DNA of 64,000 nt from Octopus vulgaris (Eukaryota). The position numbers and the translations under genes were made by a program. Below, piece after piece: positions 12,642 through 25,380 of the stretch. The notes under the pieces are model-generated. The model ran no database searches, was not told where the DNA came from, and saw nothing but the letters and a program-made list of their open reading frames with translations. The stretch covers positions 1,550,001 to 1,614,000 of the forward strand of contig OX597818.1 in assembly GCA_951406725.2 (NCBI GenBank). The letters run 5' to 3'. Each line of letters begins with the position of its first letter. Positions within the stretch are counted from its first letter, which is position 1.

Positions 12642-13641
12642 AAGGTAGAAAATATATTAGTGGGAAAACACTATATATAATTAAGAGAAGTATATCAAAA
12701 GGATATCCTTTAATTCAGCGCAACTCATTGCCCTCAAAGAGAGTTAAGAAGAAAAACTACCATTTCATCTAAATGCCTTAACGTTTTAATGCCAGTTGCA
12801 CCTGCCTAGATAATATCTCATCTCATATCGCACGCTACGATAGAAAATAAACATGCATCTACACAACTGTCATCGCAGGCAAAAAGATGCAACTTCTGAA
12901 ATCAGACCACCTACCCACTGAGTGGTTTCTACTTCTCCTAGGATGCAGTTTATTGAGCGACTTTTACCCCACTGGATGATATCCCAAAGTATTACATAGC
13001 AGTTATTATTAATGACTTCGAGAGACGTTTACCCAGAGAAACACCATTTCACTTCTCTCACTTAATATAGAAACTCGCGGATCAATAAATTACTTTTCTC
13101 AGTATAACCTAAAAGAATGCTAACAGCACCAAACAGTTCGTCTTCGTCTTCGCAAGAAACTGCACATATTGCAAGTGAGCCGTCTTCCTGCTGCCACAAG
13201 AAGACTCTCTATAAACTAGCTTTAACCTAGTAGTTCATAATACTCTTCCATTTGATGTATACAACAAGCGATTGATTTCCGATACAGAGGATCTGAACTG
13301 GTTTCGCACAATCAAATTGTTATAAGCTTCAATAAACCTTTATTAATTCTTTCTTAAACTATTATTAGACTAGAATTTCTACGAGAAAGAGTGGATCTAG
13401 TCTTCTTCTATTTGAGGAACCGGAAATACGTCGGAGAAACTCCAGAATAATAAGCCACTGGATCATCTCAAATAAATTTTCGCATTGTATACAAATTTTT
13501 CCGTTCGTTTTAATCAATGGATTATAAATATATAAAACAACTTCAAGGGAAAGGCACGCGAAGAATAATTCAAGGTATATGCATTAAAATATACACACAT
13601 TCTGTATATCCTTTCACCGGACAAGAATCCACGTTTCTAAA

Positions 13642-13883
13642 TGTAATATGTGACAATTATTCGGTAGCCATGATAAAATTCTGAGTTTCGGATGCCGGGG
13701 TGGAAATCCACGCCGCCATCTCTTCAGTTATCCGGCCGTCGGAAAAAATGCTATGAAAATGACTGTTATACAAGGGGAAATTCCGATGGCCGGATAACTG
13801 AAGAGATGGCGGCGTGGATTTCTACCCCGGCATCCGAAACTCAGAATTTTATCATGGATACCGAATAATTGTCACATATTACA
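13642..13883. repeat. Inverted pair of PLE-type pseudo-LTR segments, each with a hammerhead motif
   Basis: Arms of ~100 bp (13642-13744 and 13781-13883). Plus copy 13793-13853 reads GATAA CTGAAGA GATG...CATC C GAAA CTCAGAAT T TTATC; the mirror copy is at 13672-13732 on minus. Confidence 0.75.
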
Positions 13884-14367
13884 GTAATAAATATATATAT
13901 ATATCATGTTTCAAGCTTTATAAACAATCCGTTCTTACATCAGTGTATTATTGATATAAAAGATGGTTTAAAGCTGTCTTCAGCCGCAAACATTGTTGGT
14001 CGAAAGAGTTACATCACAATATAAAAAATATGAAAATTACATGTAGTATTACCCATTATAATAGGGTTATCATATCTCTTTGAAAAAGTGTATTTGTAAA
14101 ATTTCCTAACATACACACATATTCACATACACACGCACACGTATTTATATATATATATATATGTATATATGTATGCAACGACATCCTCATGTACACATAG
14201 TTGCTTACGTGCATACACGTAACATAATTCATATATATTTAGACATTTATACGTATAAATATACGTATATATCGTATACGTGTTGTCCCATTTTGTATCA
14301 GCTAGTTGTCCGGATGTTTTGCGTTCTTGTCCCTTTTGTATTTTATATATATATATATGTATGTATG

Positions 14368-14401
<34 letters not shown>

Positions 14402-14854
14402 TGTATGTATGTATGTATGTATGTATGTATGTATGTATGTATGTATGTATGTATGTATGTATTTATACACACATACACACATATATAATGAAGTATAAGG
14501 AAAGGAAAAAATTGTAAGTGTAGACGAAACCCCTTTGAAAGATTTCGGTCCTCACCGCTTTTATATACATATATATATATATACACCCTCCCATCACACA
14601 CCTACACCCGCACATATACAAACACATGCATATTCATTATAAATGAAGGGGGCATGTGCATGAAAGTCGCATATATGCACCACACACATTCTTACACTCA
14701 TATACATGCATATATACACACATATATACACACACGCACATATATGCATATGATATATATACATACATATACATATACACACAGTTGTACGCATTCACAC
14801 AATTAAGAGGGAAAAAGGGAAAAATTTAAAATATAAAAACTAAAAAACTAAAAA

Positions 14855-15325
14855 TTAAAAATTAATGGAAGTTATAACATATGGGAAAGCTTGTGCAGGA
14901 ACATAGAAATGTGGGTTGTAGACGTGATCTGGGGGTGGTGACCGTAACAGGTATTTTGTGACGTGTGAATATGTTCCAAAAAGTTCAGTTCTTGAATTTA
15001 AACATGTAACGGGGTGTAAGGAACTTTTCCAGATGAGCCATCTTTCCATATTACAAAGACCACACTTACCACTACCGTTGGTATAAGGTTTACACTTGGC
15101 TAAGATCTTCCATTTATACACATATGCATATGTAGTTGACACCTTGTTCTTTTAAGAATCATATATAATTTGGTAGTCTTTCGTTTATTCCAGTGTCTGA
15201 AGCTTAAGGTGCAATTGTTGAATCTTGCTTTCAAATTTCCTTCCACATATCTCTTGGATGAAACAGTATATTAACGTTCGTGGAATTTACGGTGGCTTCA
15301 TAATAATGGCCTCGGTATATGTATA
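14855..15325 (-). pseudogene. Penelope-like GIY-YIG endonuclease C-terminal fragment
   Basis: YEATVNS...KARFNN...SF, then WKILAKCKPY...KCGLCNMERWLI...LNSRTELF, typical of the end of a PLE GIY-YIG domain. Confidence 0.7.
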
Positions 15326-15914
15326 GCCCTTCCCCATTTCCAACGGCGTGAAGCAGGGTTGCGTCCTGGCACCGACTCTCTTCAGCATCTTCTTCAGCAT
15401 GATGATCAAGCATGCAACTGTAGATATGGAGGATGAGGATGGGGTGTACGTTAGGTATCGTCTGGATGGCAGTCTCTTCAATCTACAGCGCCTCCAAGCC
15501 CAAACCAAGACCCAGGAGAGGTTGATTCGAGACCTTCTCTTCGCAGACGACGCTGTCCTTGTCGCCTACACAGAGCGAGCTCTGCAGCGCATCACGTCCT
15601 GCTTTGCAGACGCCTCGCAGCTCTTTGGCCTGGAGGTCAGCCTCAAGAAAACGGAGGTACTTCACCAACCTACACCCCAAGAAGAATACCGCCCACCCCA
15701 CATCACTATCTGCGGTACCGAACTGAAATCAATACAGCAGTTTACATACCTGGGCTGCATCATCTCATCCGATGCAAGGATCGACAAGGAAATTGACAAT
15801 AGGCTTTTTAAGGCAAATAGCTCCTTTGGCAGATTGTACAAACGTGTTTGGTACAATAGTGGCCTGAAGAACAAAACAAAGATCAGCGTTTACAGGGCCG
15901 TAGCTCTCACCACA
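15326..15914 (+). pseudogene. RTE-clade LINE reverse transcriptase fragment
   Basis: GVKQGCVLAPTLFS, DGSLFNL, IRDLLFADD, FGLEVSLKKTEV, FTYLG, TKISVYRAV. Confidence 0.9.
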
Positions 15915-15917
15915 TAT

Positions 15918-15965
<48 letters not shown>

Positions 15966-15967
<2 letters not shown>

Positions 15968-16332
15968 TCTTTTACTCTTTTACTTGTTTCAGTCATTTGA
16001 CTGCGGCCATGCTGGAGCACCACCTTTTAGTACTTATTCTATCGGTCTCTTTTTGCCGAACCGCTAAGTGACGGGGACGTAAAGACACCAGCATCGGTTG
16101 TCAAGCAATGCTAGGGGGACAAACACAGACACACAAACACACACACATATACATATATATACATATATACGACAGGCTTCTTTCAGTTTCCGTCTACCAA
16201 ATCCACTCACAAGGCATTGGTCGGCCCGGGGCTATAGCAGAAGACACTTGCCCAAGATGCCACGCAGTGGGACTGAACCCGCAACCGTGTGGTTGGTTAG
16301 CAAGCTACTTACCACACAGCCACTCCTGCGCC

Positions 16333-16334
<2 letters not shown>
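15966..16334 (-). mobile_element. Near full-length tRNA-derived SINE
   Basis: Minus head ggcgcaggagtggctgtgtggtaag (A box) ... ggttcagtccc (B box), CORE-like cttgggcaagtg, internal (TA)/(TG) tract, (AAGAGT)n tail. Confidence 0.9.
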
Positions 16335-16368
<34 letters not shown>

Positions 16369-16427
16369 CACATACATACATAAATATATATACACACATA
16401 CCATACCTACATATATATATGCGTATG

Positions 16428-16477
<50 letters not shown>

Positions 16478-17356
16478 CTTATATGTAACACATACAGTTA
16501 CATATACACTTAAATATAACCATGTTAACCTAAATTAAATTTATATATACATGTATGTAACGTATGTATATATGAGTATATGTGGACTGGGAGTATCAAA
16601 TGTTTGATTTCTGCCGAGTTATCTTTATGGAGCCGCAGACACAATCAGGGTTTCTCTCCAAGTTAAAACGGTAATTTAATAAGCCTTGATTTTGTTTCGT
16701 TTAAAATCGGACAAACGTAAACATCAACCCTAAGCTCAGTAAAATGACTATCCATGACTAACAACTATATGATATGAAGACCATATCTATGATAAACCTT
16801 GCTATAAATGCATATCAGCCTCATTTCAAATAATAAAAAATATATAATTTATAAGTAAGATAGCCTGATCAACACAAGATATGACGTAAAAACTGATATT
16901 CAATAAATTACTAATCTCTTTGTGTATTTTTATTTTTAGTACTATGACTACGCCCAAAATAAAATAGTTTCCTTTAACACAGAAACTAGCTTAAAGCTGT
17001 AAATTAGAACAGATAGGTCACAGAACTCAAATAACATGCAATATTAACTTTCGCGGACCTCAAGAGTTTCCTTCCGATTTTTCATTTGGTTTTCATAAAT
17101 ACTGCTCTCTAATCTTGATGATACATTTCTTTCATAAAAGAAAATTTTAATATGTTAACACTTGGAAAATCATTTACACGCATTATATTAAATTTCATTC
17201 CACAATAATTGGTACTTTCCTTCATAAATCCAAATTATGTGCACACCTCTTCGTTGTAAACACGGTACATACTATCATATTTTCTTATCTGTAACTAATT
17301 ATTATAGATTGTTGATGGTAGATAATTTCTGAATTTCTGATATTTAATAGCAAGCC

Positions 17357-17422
17357 CCACTGATGAAGAGATAAGCCCCATATAAATCCTTTAAAAGCAG
17401 ATTTATATCTCAAATAATCTGG
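17357..17422 (+). ncRNA. Degenerate hammerhead motif (G12 missing)
   Basis: CCA CTGATGA A GAGATA...TATCTC AAA TAA TC TGG. Confidence 0.45.
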
Positions 17423-17463
17423 AAAAAATGAGTATTATATTTCTCCATAATTTTATGAAAAGA

Positions 17464-17835
17464 CTAGCAGTATCGCCCGGCGTTGCTCGGGTTTGTAAGG
17501 GAAATAACTATAAAGCATTTTTAGAGAGTTATAGCCAAAAAATGGAAAAAAAATGATGGTAAATTTTTTTTTTAGTTAAAAAGGTCGACTTGCGTCCCCT
17601 ACACAGTCTGTGGTTTGTGTTTCTGATTCTCAACCCCATGTCGAATTTATCGATTTTTTTCAGAACTGGGGGAACTTTTCAAAATTTTCGCTGCGTTAGT
17701 TTTGAATTATGACATTGGGCTATGTGTGTGTCAAGTTTCATCAGAATCGGTTGAAAGCCGTGGTCAGGGTGAGGGTACAACCTGACAGACACACAGAAAC
17801 ACGCACAGACAAAATGCCGTTTATATATAGAGAGA
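17464..17835 (-). mobile_element. Non-autonomous Helitron
   Basis: On minus, starts A|TCTCTCTATATATAA and ends with a GC hairpin (cccgagcaacgccggg) + CTAG|T. Confidence 0.85.
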
Positions 17836-18559
17836 TGAACATTGCTGCAGGGTCAGAACCAAAGCAATATTGTTGTTTAACCATAGATCAGCCCTGATTG
17901 AGAATACATAAGACCAATGGAGACCAATGGAACTGAGCCGGAGCCAAACTGTAGGGTATGATGCAAGACCTATTTCTACCAGGTTGAGTGGTCATATATA
18001 CACTCTCTCGTGAGTGAGAGAGAGCGAGAGAGAGCGAGAGAGATTTTGCTCATAAATGTATTGACTTAGTATGTAAAAAAAAGAAGAAACAGCGTTAAAC
18101 AAAGTTTGCATTGTAAACTTAATTAATTTGCAACCATTTTTCATTAGGAAGGGATTTAGTTGCTATTCCTACTAGTGAGTATGTAAAGGCTCTCTTTTTG
18201 AACCCTCGCAGTTACTAACAAGGGACATAAAATGCTCAATCAAATTGGATACGTTGAAGTTTGAGCATCTTTAAAAATGTAGAGATCGCTGTTGGCTGAG
18301 TTTGGAAAAATATTGAAAAGGAAACAGGAAAAAAGTTCATCCTTTCATCTATCTATATATTCAGACATCTATTCAGACATCCATCCGTCCAATCACCCAT
18401 CCATTCATTCAACCGTTCATTCATCTGTCCATCCATGTATCCATTCAATTGTCCGACCCTGTCCGTGTGTCCATCTAGCTATCCATCTATGCACATTTTT
18501 GTTGCTGTTTTTAAAGTGTCTTCAAGTTATATACACAATACCAAGAAACTATTGGTACT

Positions 18560-18880
18560 GGTCACAACATTCTTGCAGGATATAGGAATACCAATTGATC
18601 AGGATAAGGAATAGAGATACCTGTTAATCTCCCGTGTCACCACTAATTACCCCTACAATTCAATAACACCATATTTCATAATACAGAGCCATATGGGATA
18701 TCAGACTGATCACTCGAAAAAATCTGCAACTTAGACATCGGAACTAGGAAGATGCAAGGATTGACAGCTTCCACATCAACAGGAACACTGACAAGATCTA
18801 TGTTAAACGGAGTTATAGAGGTTGAAACATAGGATCGGTCCAGACTGCCTTTGAGTGCCGCATCATGTCAGACTACAGAT
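18560..18880 (+). mobile_element. Decayed R4/Dong-like LINE RT C-terminal fragment
   Basis: Remnant reading LDIGTRK...SFHINRNTDKIYVKR, resembling the post-RT region of R4/Dong elements. Confidence 0.4.
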
Positions 18881-18884
18881 TACA

Positions 18885-19209
18885 CAATCTATTAACGATG
18901 AAACAATTGTATAGAGTTGATCTATTTTTTCGTTATTTTTCATTTGTCTTGCTCGCTTACATTCTTGGCGTGTTGTATTAATTCTTGAGAACAATTCTTT
19001 AGTGGTGGATTCCCTTTGCGGATCTATTTCTAGCGTTAGAGTGAACACATGTGGTCTCTCTCTTATTACTTGTATTAATAATTTTTACTGTATCCCAGTT
19101 TTTTTCGCTAGGCCACTTGGTGTTTTAAATTGATGTTATTAATTAATATTCAATTTTTTTCACCCTTATTGTGATTTTAATAATATATATTTATATATAT
19201 ATATATATT

Positions 19210-19263
<54 letters not shown>

Positions 19264-20239
19264 AGAGAGGACCACTAAGTGGACATCCATATGCTAGAAG
19301 TCAAGTCGACCCTCTATGGTCTTACCACTAAGAAAGGAATGTTCTCAGGAAATTTAGCAAACGCCAGAACGTAAGCGAGAAAGACAAATGAAAAATAACG
19401 AAAAAAATAGATTAACTCTATACAATTGTTTCATCGTTAATAAATTGTGTAATTTTACTTACATAATCATTTTCGAATCGTCAGTAGAGTATATCAAAAA
19501 TATAATTTGCTGGACCGAACGGCAAAATCCACACGAAGCCGAACAAAGGCAAACGTTATAGCCGATTATATACGCAGTTACGTTCAAATATCCTCATTCT
19601 GGCGCGTTGAATCCCCGGATGTAAATACTACCCCAGTAATTTACTGCCAGTTTGAGTACATATTAATTTATAATTAATATCACAATAAGGGTGAAAAAAA
19701 TTGAATATTAATTAATAACATCAATTTAAAACACCAAGTGGCCTAGCGTATAAAAAGACTGGGATACAGTAAAAATTATTAATACAAATATTAAGAGATA
19801 GTCCACATGTGGTTACTCTAACGCTAGATATAGATCCGCAAAGGGAATCCACCACTAAATAATTGTTCTCAAGAATTAATACAACACGCCAAGAATGTAA
19901 GCGAGCAGGACAAATGAAAAATAACGAAAAAATAGATTAACTCTATACAATTGTTTCATCGTTAATAGATTGTGTAATTTTACTTACATAATCCTTTTAT
20001 GTAATCACCTGCTCGCTTACATTCTTGGCGTGTTGTATTAATTCTTGAGAACAATTCTTTAGTGGTGGATTCCCTTTGCGGATCTATTTCTAGCGTTAGA
20101 GTGAACACATGTGGTCTCTCTCTTATTACTTGTATTAATAATTTTTACTGTATCCCAGTTTTTTTCGCTAGGCCACTTGGTGTTTTAAATTGATGTTATT
20201 AATTAATATTCAATTTTTTTCACCCTTGTTGTGATTTTG

Positions 20240-20245
<6 letters not shown>
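18885..20245. repeat. Array of direct and inverted copies of a PLE-type terminal repeat (same family as 60293-60983)
   Basis: Blocks at ~18885-19185 and ~20010-20240 are inverted relative to ~19375-19990. Ultra-minimal HHR-like core on minus at 19462-19486. Confidence 0.75.
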
Positions 20246-20311
<66 letters not shown>

Positions 20312-21368
20312 AGAGAGATGACCACTAAGTGGACATCCATATGCTAGAATTCAAGTCGACCCTCTATTGTCTTACCACTAAGAAAGGAATGTTCTCAGGA
20401 AATTTAGCAAACGCCAGAACGTAAGTGAGCAAGACAAATGAAAAGATACAAAATATACAGATTAATCACAAACCTGTTTCGTTGTTACCACTTACTTATT
20501 TTCCAATTTTAAATACACTCCTAGTCTATTCTACGGATTACATAAAATACAAAAATCCACATATTTGTAAAGCCTGCAAAGTTTCTCCACGCCTACGCAT
20601 TAATGTTACGTCCCCTACTGACCTCAAACTAAGACCCATCATTGCTGGCCATTCTTGTGAAACCCATCGTTTGAGCAACTTCCTCGACATCTTACTTAAA
20701 CCGTTTCTAAAATATTTGAAAAGCTTCATCGGGGATGACTTAGACATGCTGAACCACCTCCCGAAGACAGTAAATGAAGAAACCCTGTTAGTATCATTCG
20801 ATGTGGTGAATTTGTACACCAATATCCCACACGACTATGGTTTAGAAGCGACCACCTTTTGGCTAGAAAAATACCCAGATGAGATCCCAGGACGCATTAA
20901 CCACCGATTCATAATCGCAGCACTCAAATTCATCCTACTGAACAACAATTTCATGTTCGATGCAGTTTACTATCGACAAAAATGTGGAATTGCAATGGGA
21001 ACCCGAGCTGCTCCAGTGACTGCGAACTTCGTAATGGGTTACCTAGACTTTAAGTTATATCAATCATCACTACAAAAATATGGCACCTCATTTCATTGCT
21101 ATTTAAAGGAGAACTGGAAGAGGTATTTGGATGATTGCTTTATACTTTGGAAAGACAGCATGGACAAACTCCTCGATTTCAAAATAATGCTTAACAATAT
21201 CAATAGCAACATACAATTCACAACACTAAACAACTCCCTTTTCTTGACATCCTAATTAAAATAGTCAATAACCACATCGAAACAGACATCTTTTATAAAC
21301 CCACAGATTCTAAACCATACCTATTATTTAACTCATGCCACCCCAAACACATAAAAATTAATATACCC

Positions 21369-21553
21369 AGATGAACCAACTTCACAGCAGGAGGTGCAGA
21401 TGAGGGCAGCTGCATCGAACTCTCTCATGCACCAAATGGCAATTGCTAAAAAGCATTCGTGAAGTAAAATTATGTAGCAACACCAAATGGCGGTGCCCCA
21501 GCATGGCCACAGCTCGTGAGCTGAAACTAGATAAAAATAAAAAAAATAAAAAA
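21369..21553 (+). mobile_element. Short retroposon 3'-end insertion (LINE tail) interrupting the Penelope ORF
   Basis: Splits HIKINIP | PYNLAKRIC. Ends ggcggtgccccagcatggccacagctcgtgagctgaaac + A-rich tail, homologous to the SINE 3' tail. Confidence 0.7.
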
Positions 21554-22314
21554 CACCTTATAATCTAGCGAAAAGAATCTGTACCATAGTTTCGGACACC
21601 TATACTCGTGAATGAAGACTCCTTGAACTCAGATCATTACTAATCAAAAGACATTACCCAATATCATTAATAAATGATGGCATTAAACGAGCTAAGGAAA
21701 TAGATATATGAACATTAAGGGAAGCCAACCGAAATTCTAAGCCAGACTTAAAAATACTCCCGTACATCTCTACATATACTCTAGAAACAACGAAGCCGTC
21801 AACATTATCACCCAAAATCTTCCCGTCCTCATAAGAAATAAAACAATGAACAAAATTTTAAGCTCATACAAAATTATCAAAAGCAAAATGCAACCTAAAA
21901 AATATTAACCAGCGCAAGACTATATCCATTAACAACAGAACCAAAAGTGAAAAAATGTGATCACCTAAGTGTGGTACATGCCCCCACCTTTTGGAGGGCA
22001 CAGAATTCCACTTTAAACAAGGTGAAATATTTAAGATCAAATCAAATTTCACCCGTTCCTCAGAAAATCTAATCTATGTCGTTACATGCTTAGGATGTGG
22101 TAACAATTATATTGGCCAAACACATAATATAATACAGAACACTAGTAACCTTTCAATTAATACCACTAACCCCCATACATCCCATACACCATTCACATTA
22201 CAGATCTATATCTACTCTAATTGCACCAAATCCAGAACTACTTATCTCCCTTACACATAATTTTTTTCTCAGGGACTAATAGGCCTGACACCGTTCATTG
22301 ATCGGTGCGCATTC

Positions 22315-22352
22315 AAAGCAATGATTAGTAATTTACGAAATCGGTACACTTT
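22315..22352 (+). ncRNA. Hammerhead-like motif with A3-U8 core in the Penelope 3' repeat
   Basis: AAAGCA ATGATTA GTA ATT TAC GAAA TCGG TA CACTTT. Confidence 0.55.
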
Positions 22353-22847
22353 TAAATCTCTTTAACAATTCACAATAATTACTTTTATTACTTTTATTCC
22401 TACCTCAGTTCATCTAATTGTATATATCTATCGTTAGTTTTCATAAAAAGCCTTTACTTTTTTGATTTCCAATGTGCATTTTCGCTTATTGTTCTTCTTA
22501 CGTTCCCCTTACATTTCCCCTTTTTGTAACATATTTCTATTATATATCAATATCTATAAATCTGAAATGCAAAAGGTTTGTTTATCTGGTTTTGGCATTG
22601 AAACGGGTTAAAGGCCACTAGATCCCGTCGGATTCACTCCAAAATTTACAGGAACATGTAAAATGAGGTGAGGATGTAAGTGGGCTATCTTAAAAGGTGT
22701 GGTTACTAGGGACAAAAAACGCACACTTTGACAAGTCTTCTCTCATTCTCTTATCTGCCTGTCTGCCTCCTTTCCTTTCACTTTCTCTCTATAACGTAGA
22801 TTGACAGTGTCTACTATCTTTCTCCCGCCGTCTTCACTCTTTCTTCC

Positions 22848-22878
<31 letters not shown>

Positions 22879-23028
22879 ACATCTGTCTGCATACATAGAG
22901 AGAATTATTATCGCCACCACCACCACACAATCATGAGAACAAATATTATGAATCAGATATTTTGGGGGTTAATTTATATGTGTGTGTGTGTTCTATATAT
23001 AAATATGTATATATAATGTATATATCTG

Positions 23029-23091
<63 letters not shown>

Positions 23092-23183
23092 TTAGAATAA
23101 CTTAGAAGGTTTTGGCCACTATTGGCCCAGGCCATGTCTAACTTAATAGCACCACCATATATATATATATGTATGTATGTATG

Positions 23184-23228
<45 letters not shown>

Positions 23229-23249
23229 TTATATGTATATATATATATG

Positions 23250-23294
<45 letters not shown>

Positions 23295-23413
23295 GTATGT
23301 ATATATATATATATAATTTGTATACATTTGTATATATAACGAGTACACACACATATATATATAATGCGTATATATGTACATATATATATTTAATGCGTAT
23401 ATATATATATATA

Positions 23414-24070
23414 TGACCACCACTTTGACCGACCAGTCCGTCAGGCATCCATTTGACACCGCTTGTCACAGCACGCTGTCCACTCCTCTCTGGATCGCGC
23501 CTTTCTCATCCACGTGATCCCAATCGTCTTCTTGAAATCGTCACTCCACCGTCGTGGAAGTCTTCCGGGTGGTCTTTTTCGCTCACGCGGGTACCACTCG
23601 ACAACTGCGTGCGTCCACCGATTATCGGTGATCCGGGCGACGTGACCAGCCCATCTATACTTGCTGCGAGTATACCCTGCGATGACATCTCTCACGCCGG
23701 ACTTCTTTCTGATGATCTTGTTATTTATGTGCTCTCTCAACGAGATACCAAGCATTGACCTTTCCATGGCTCTTTGAGCCGTTATCAGTCTTTGCTCTTC
23801 TCTCTTTGTGGTAGCCCATGTTTCACTACCATATAACATAGCAGGCAGAACTGCACTGTTAATAAGGTTGGCGCGGGTGGTCCTGTCCAACCTTAACTTG
23901 AGCACATCTCTTATGCCATTGAACGCCTTCCATCCGGCCCTTACTCTCCGTGAGATCTCCTTTTTGATATCCCGGCACATATTTACTTCCTGTCCCAGGT
24001 AGACATATTCTCTCACCTCCTCTATTTCATCACTGCCGATCACCATTCTACCTGTTGGTACGTTGTCTGA
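23414..24070 (-). mobile_element. RTE-clade LINE 3' fragment (RT C-terminus and tail)
   Basis: ORF 23441..24121: EYVYLGQ, RRVRAGWKAF, LYGSETW, WAGHVAR, RPPGRLPRRWSD. Confidence 0.9.
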
Positions 24071-24850
24071 CCGAAGAGAAAAGGAAAAGGGTCTTAGTAC
24101 CCTGCACGTCAATCGGGCCACTCCATGACGGCGGAGTGCAACTCGAGCGACGAGAGGCTGCTAAGAATCACAGGTTCCCGAAAGCCGTCATGGAACAGGA
24201 CTAAACTTGCCATATGCACCTACAACTGCAGGTCTATGGAGGGTGGCAAGAACTGAACCACCTAATGGAGGAGGGGAAGAAGATCAGGTGCGACGTGTTA
24301 GGGCTGTGCGAGACACGCTGGAAGAAGGAAGCGAGTATACGATGGCAAGATGGATGCATTGTGAGATTAGGAAGAGCAGAAGGTGCTAGATCGGTCGGAG
24401 GTATCGGATTCATCGTAAGTAAGGAATGGGCTTCGAGGGTCGCTTCTTGCCACTTCATATCATCACGGATTGGTGTACTAAATGTGAACTTCTCAGGGAA
24501 GGCCACCCTCAAGATTGTCCACAAGTGCCAGCGACGACGACGAGGTGGAAGAATTCTATCGAAAACTAGACAAAGGGTTGGCTATGAAGTCCACTTACAC
24601 TGTCGTGATGGGAGACTTCAACGCAAAGGTTGGACATGGACGACAAGGAGAGGAGTACGTCGGGAGATTTGGCATGGGAGAGAGAAACGAGAGAGAAGAA
24701 CGTTTGGCTACCATGGCAGAGGCGAGGCAGCTCTACATCGGAAACAGCCTATTCAGGAAGTGGGAGAGGAAGAGATGGACTTGGATATCGCCGAACTCTA
24801 AGCACCTAAGCGAGATCGACTACATCCTGGTTGATAAGCGACGCATATTT
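24071..24850 (+). mobile_element. RTE-clade LINE 5' fragment (AP endonuclease), inverted relative to the adjacent RT piece
   Basis: ICTYNCRS, DVLGLCETR, GGIGFIV, VMGDFNAKVG, WTWISPN, EIDYILV. Confidence 0.88.
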
Positions 24851-25380
24851 TGTATGGCCTAACATGCGCAGGCTGCAATAGGCAATATATAGGCCATACA
24901 AAAAATAGCTTACGTAACAGGATGGCGGTGCATAAATCACAAATTAGAAACCCTGAATACCGGAAAATACCGGTAAGCGGACACATAGGTAGATGTGCTG
25001 CAAATGAAAATCCGAAATTTACAACTTACCCACTTTACAAATTCAGTGACAGCGTAACCTTCACGCAACGCCAAAATAAAGAACTTTATTTCATCAAAAA
25101 ATTTAGACCAAGTTTGAACACCCTGGGCCAGGAATATTAAAACAAAACATTGGTCTTCCGAAAAAGAAAAAACGAAACTCTACCACAACCACTACGACTG
25201 CTCCCACTAGCACTACCACTACTACAACCACCGTGGTCACTGTTACTACGGCCACAGTGAGAGAATTAAAATAGTGAGAGAATTAAAAATTTCTCAGATC
25301 CTTAAACAGTCACTCCCGCTGGCAGTGGTATGTCTTAGGGAAGGAAAAATTAATAAAAAGATTTTTTTTCTCTGCAAACA

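Larger units (their letters stand above)
20310..22545 (+). mobile_element. Penelope-like retroelement: RT and GIY-YIG, decayed, with 3' pseudo-LTR
   Basis: ORF 20425..21255 (LRPIIAG, LVSFDVVNLYTNIP, YRQKCGIAMG, WKRYLDD), then FYKPTD...SCHP, then ORF 21991..22260 (NLIYVVTCLGCGNNYIGQT). Confidence 0.92.

Noticed and set aside
12650-13640. Possible decayed LINE coding fragment
   Set aside because: Looks coding-like in places, but I could read no diagnostic motif.
14517-14560. Hammerhead-like GTGAGGA CC GAAA on minus
   Set aside because: G3/G8 are not complementary, and the sequence folds better as a simple hairpin.
16255-16334. tRNA gene
   Set aside because: A and B boxes are present but there is no cloverleaf; it is a SINE head.
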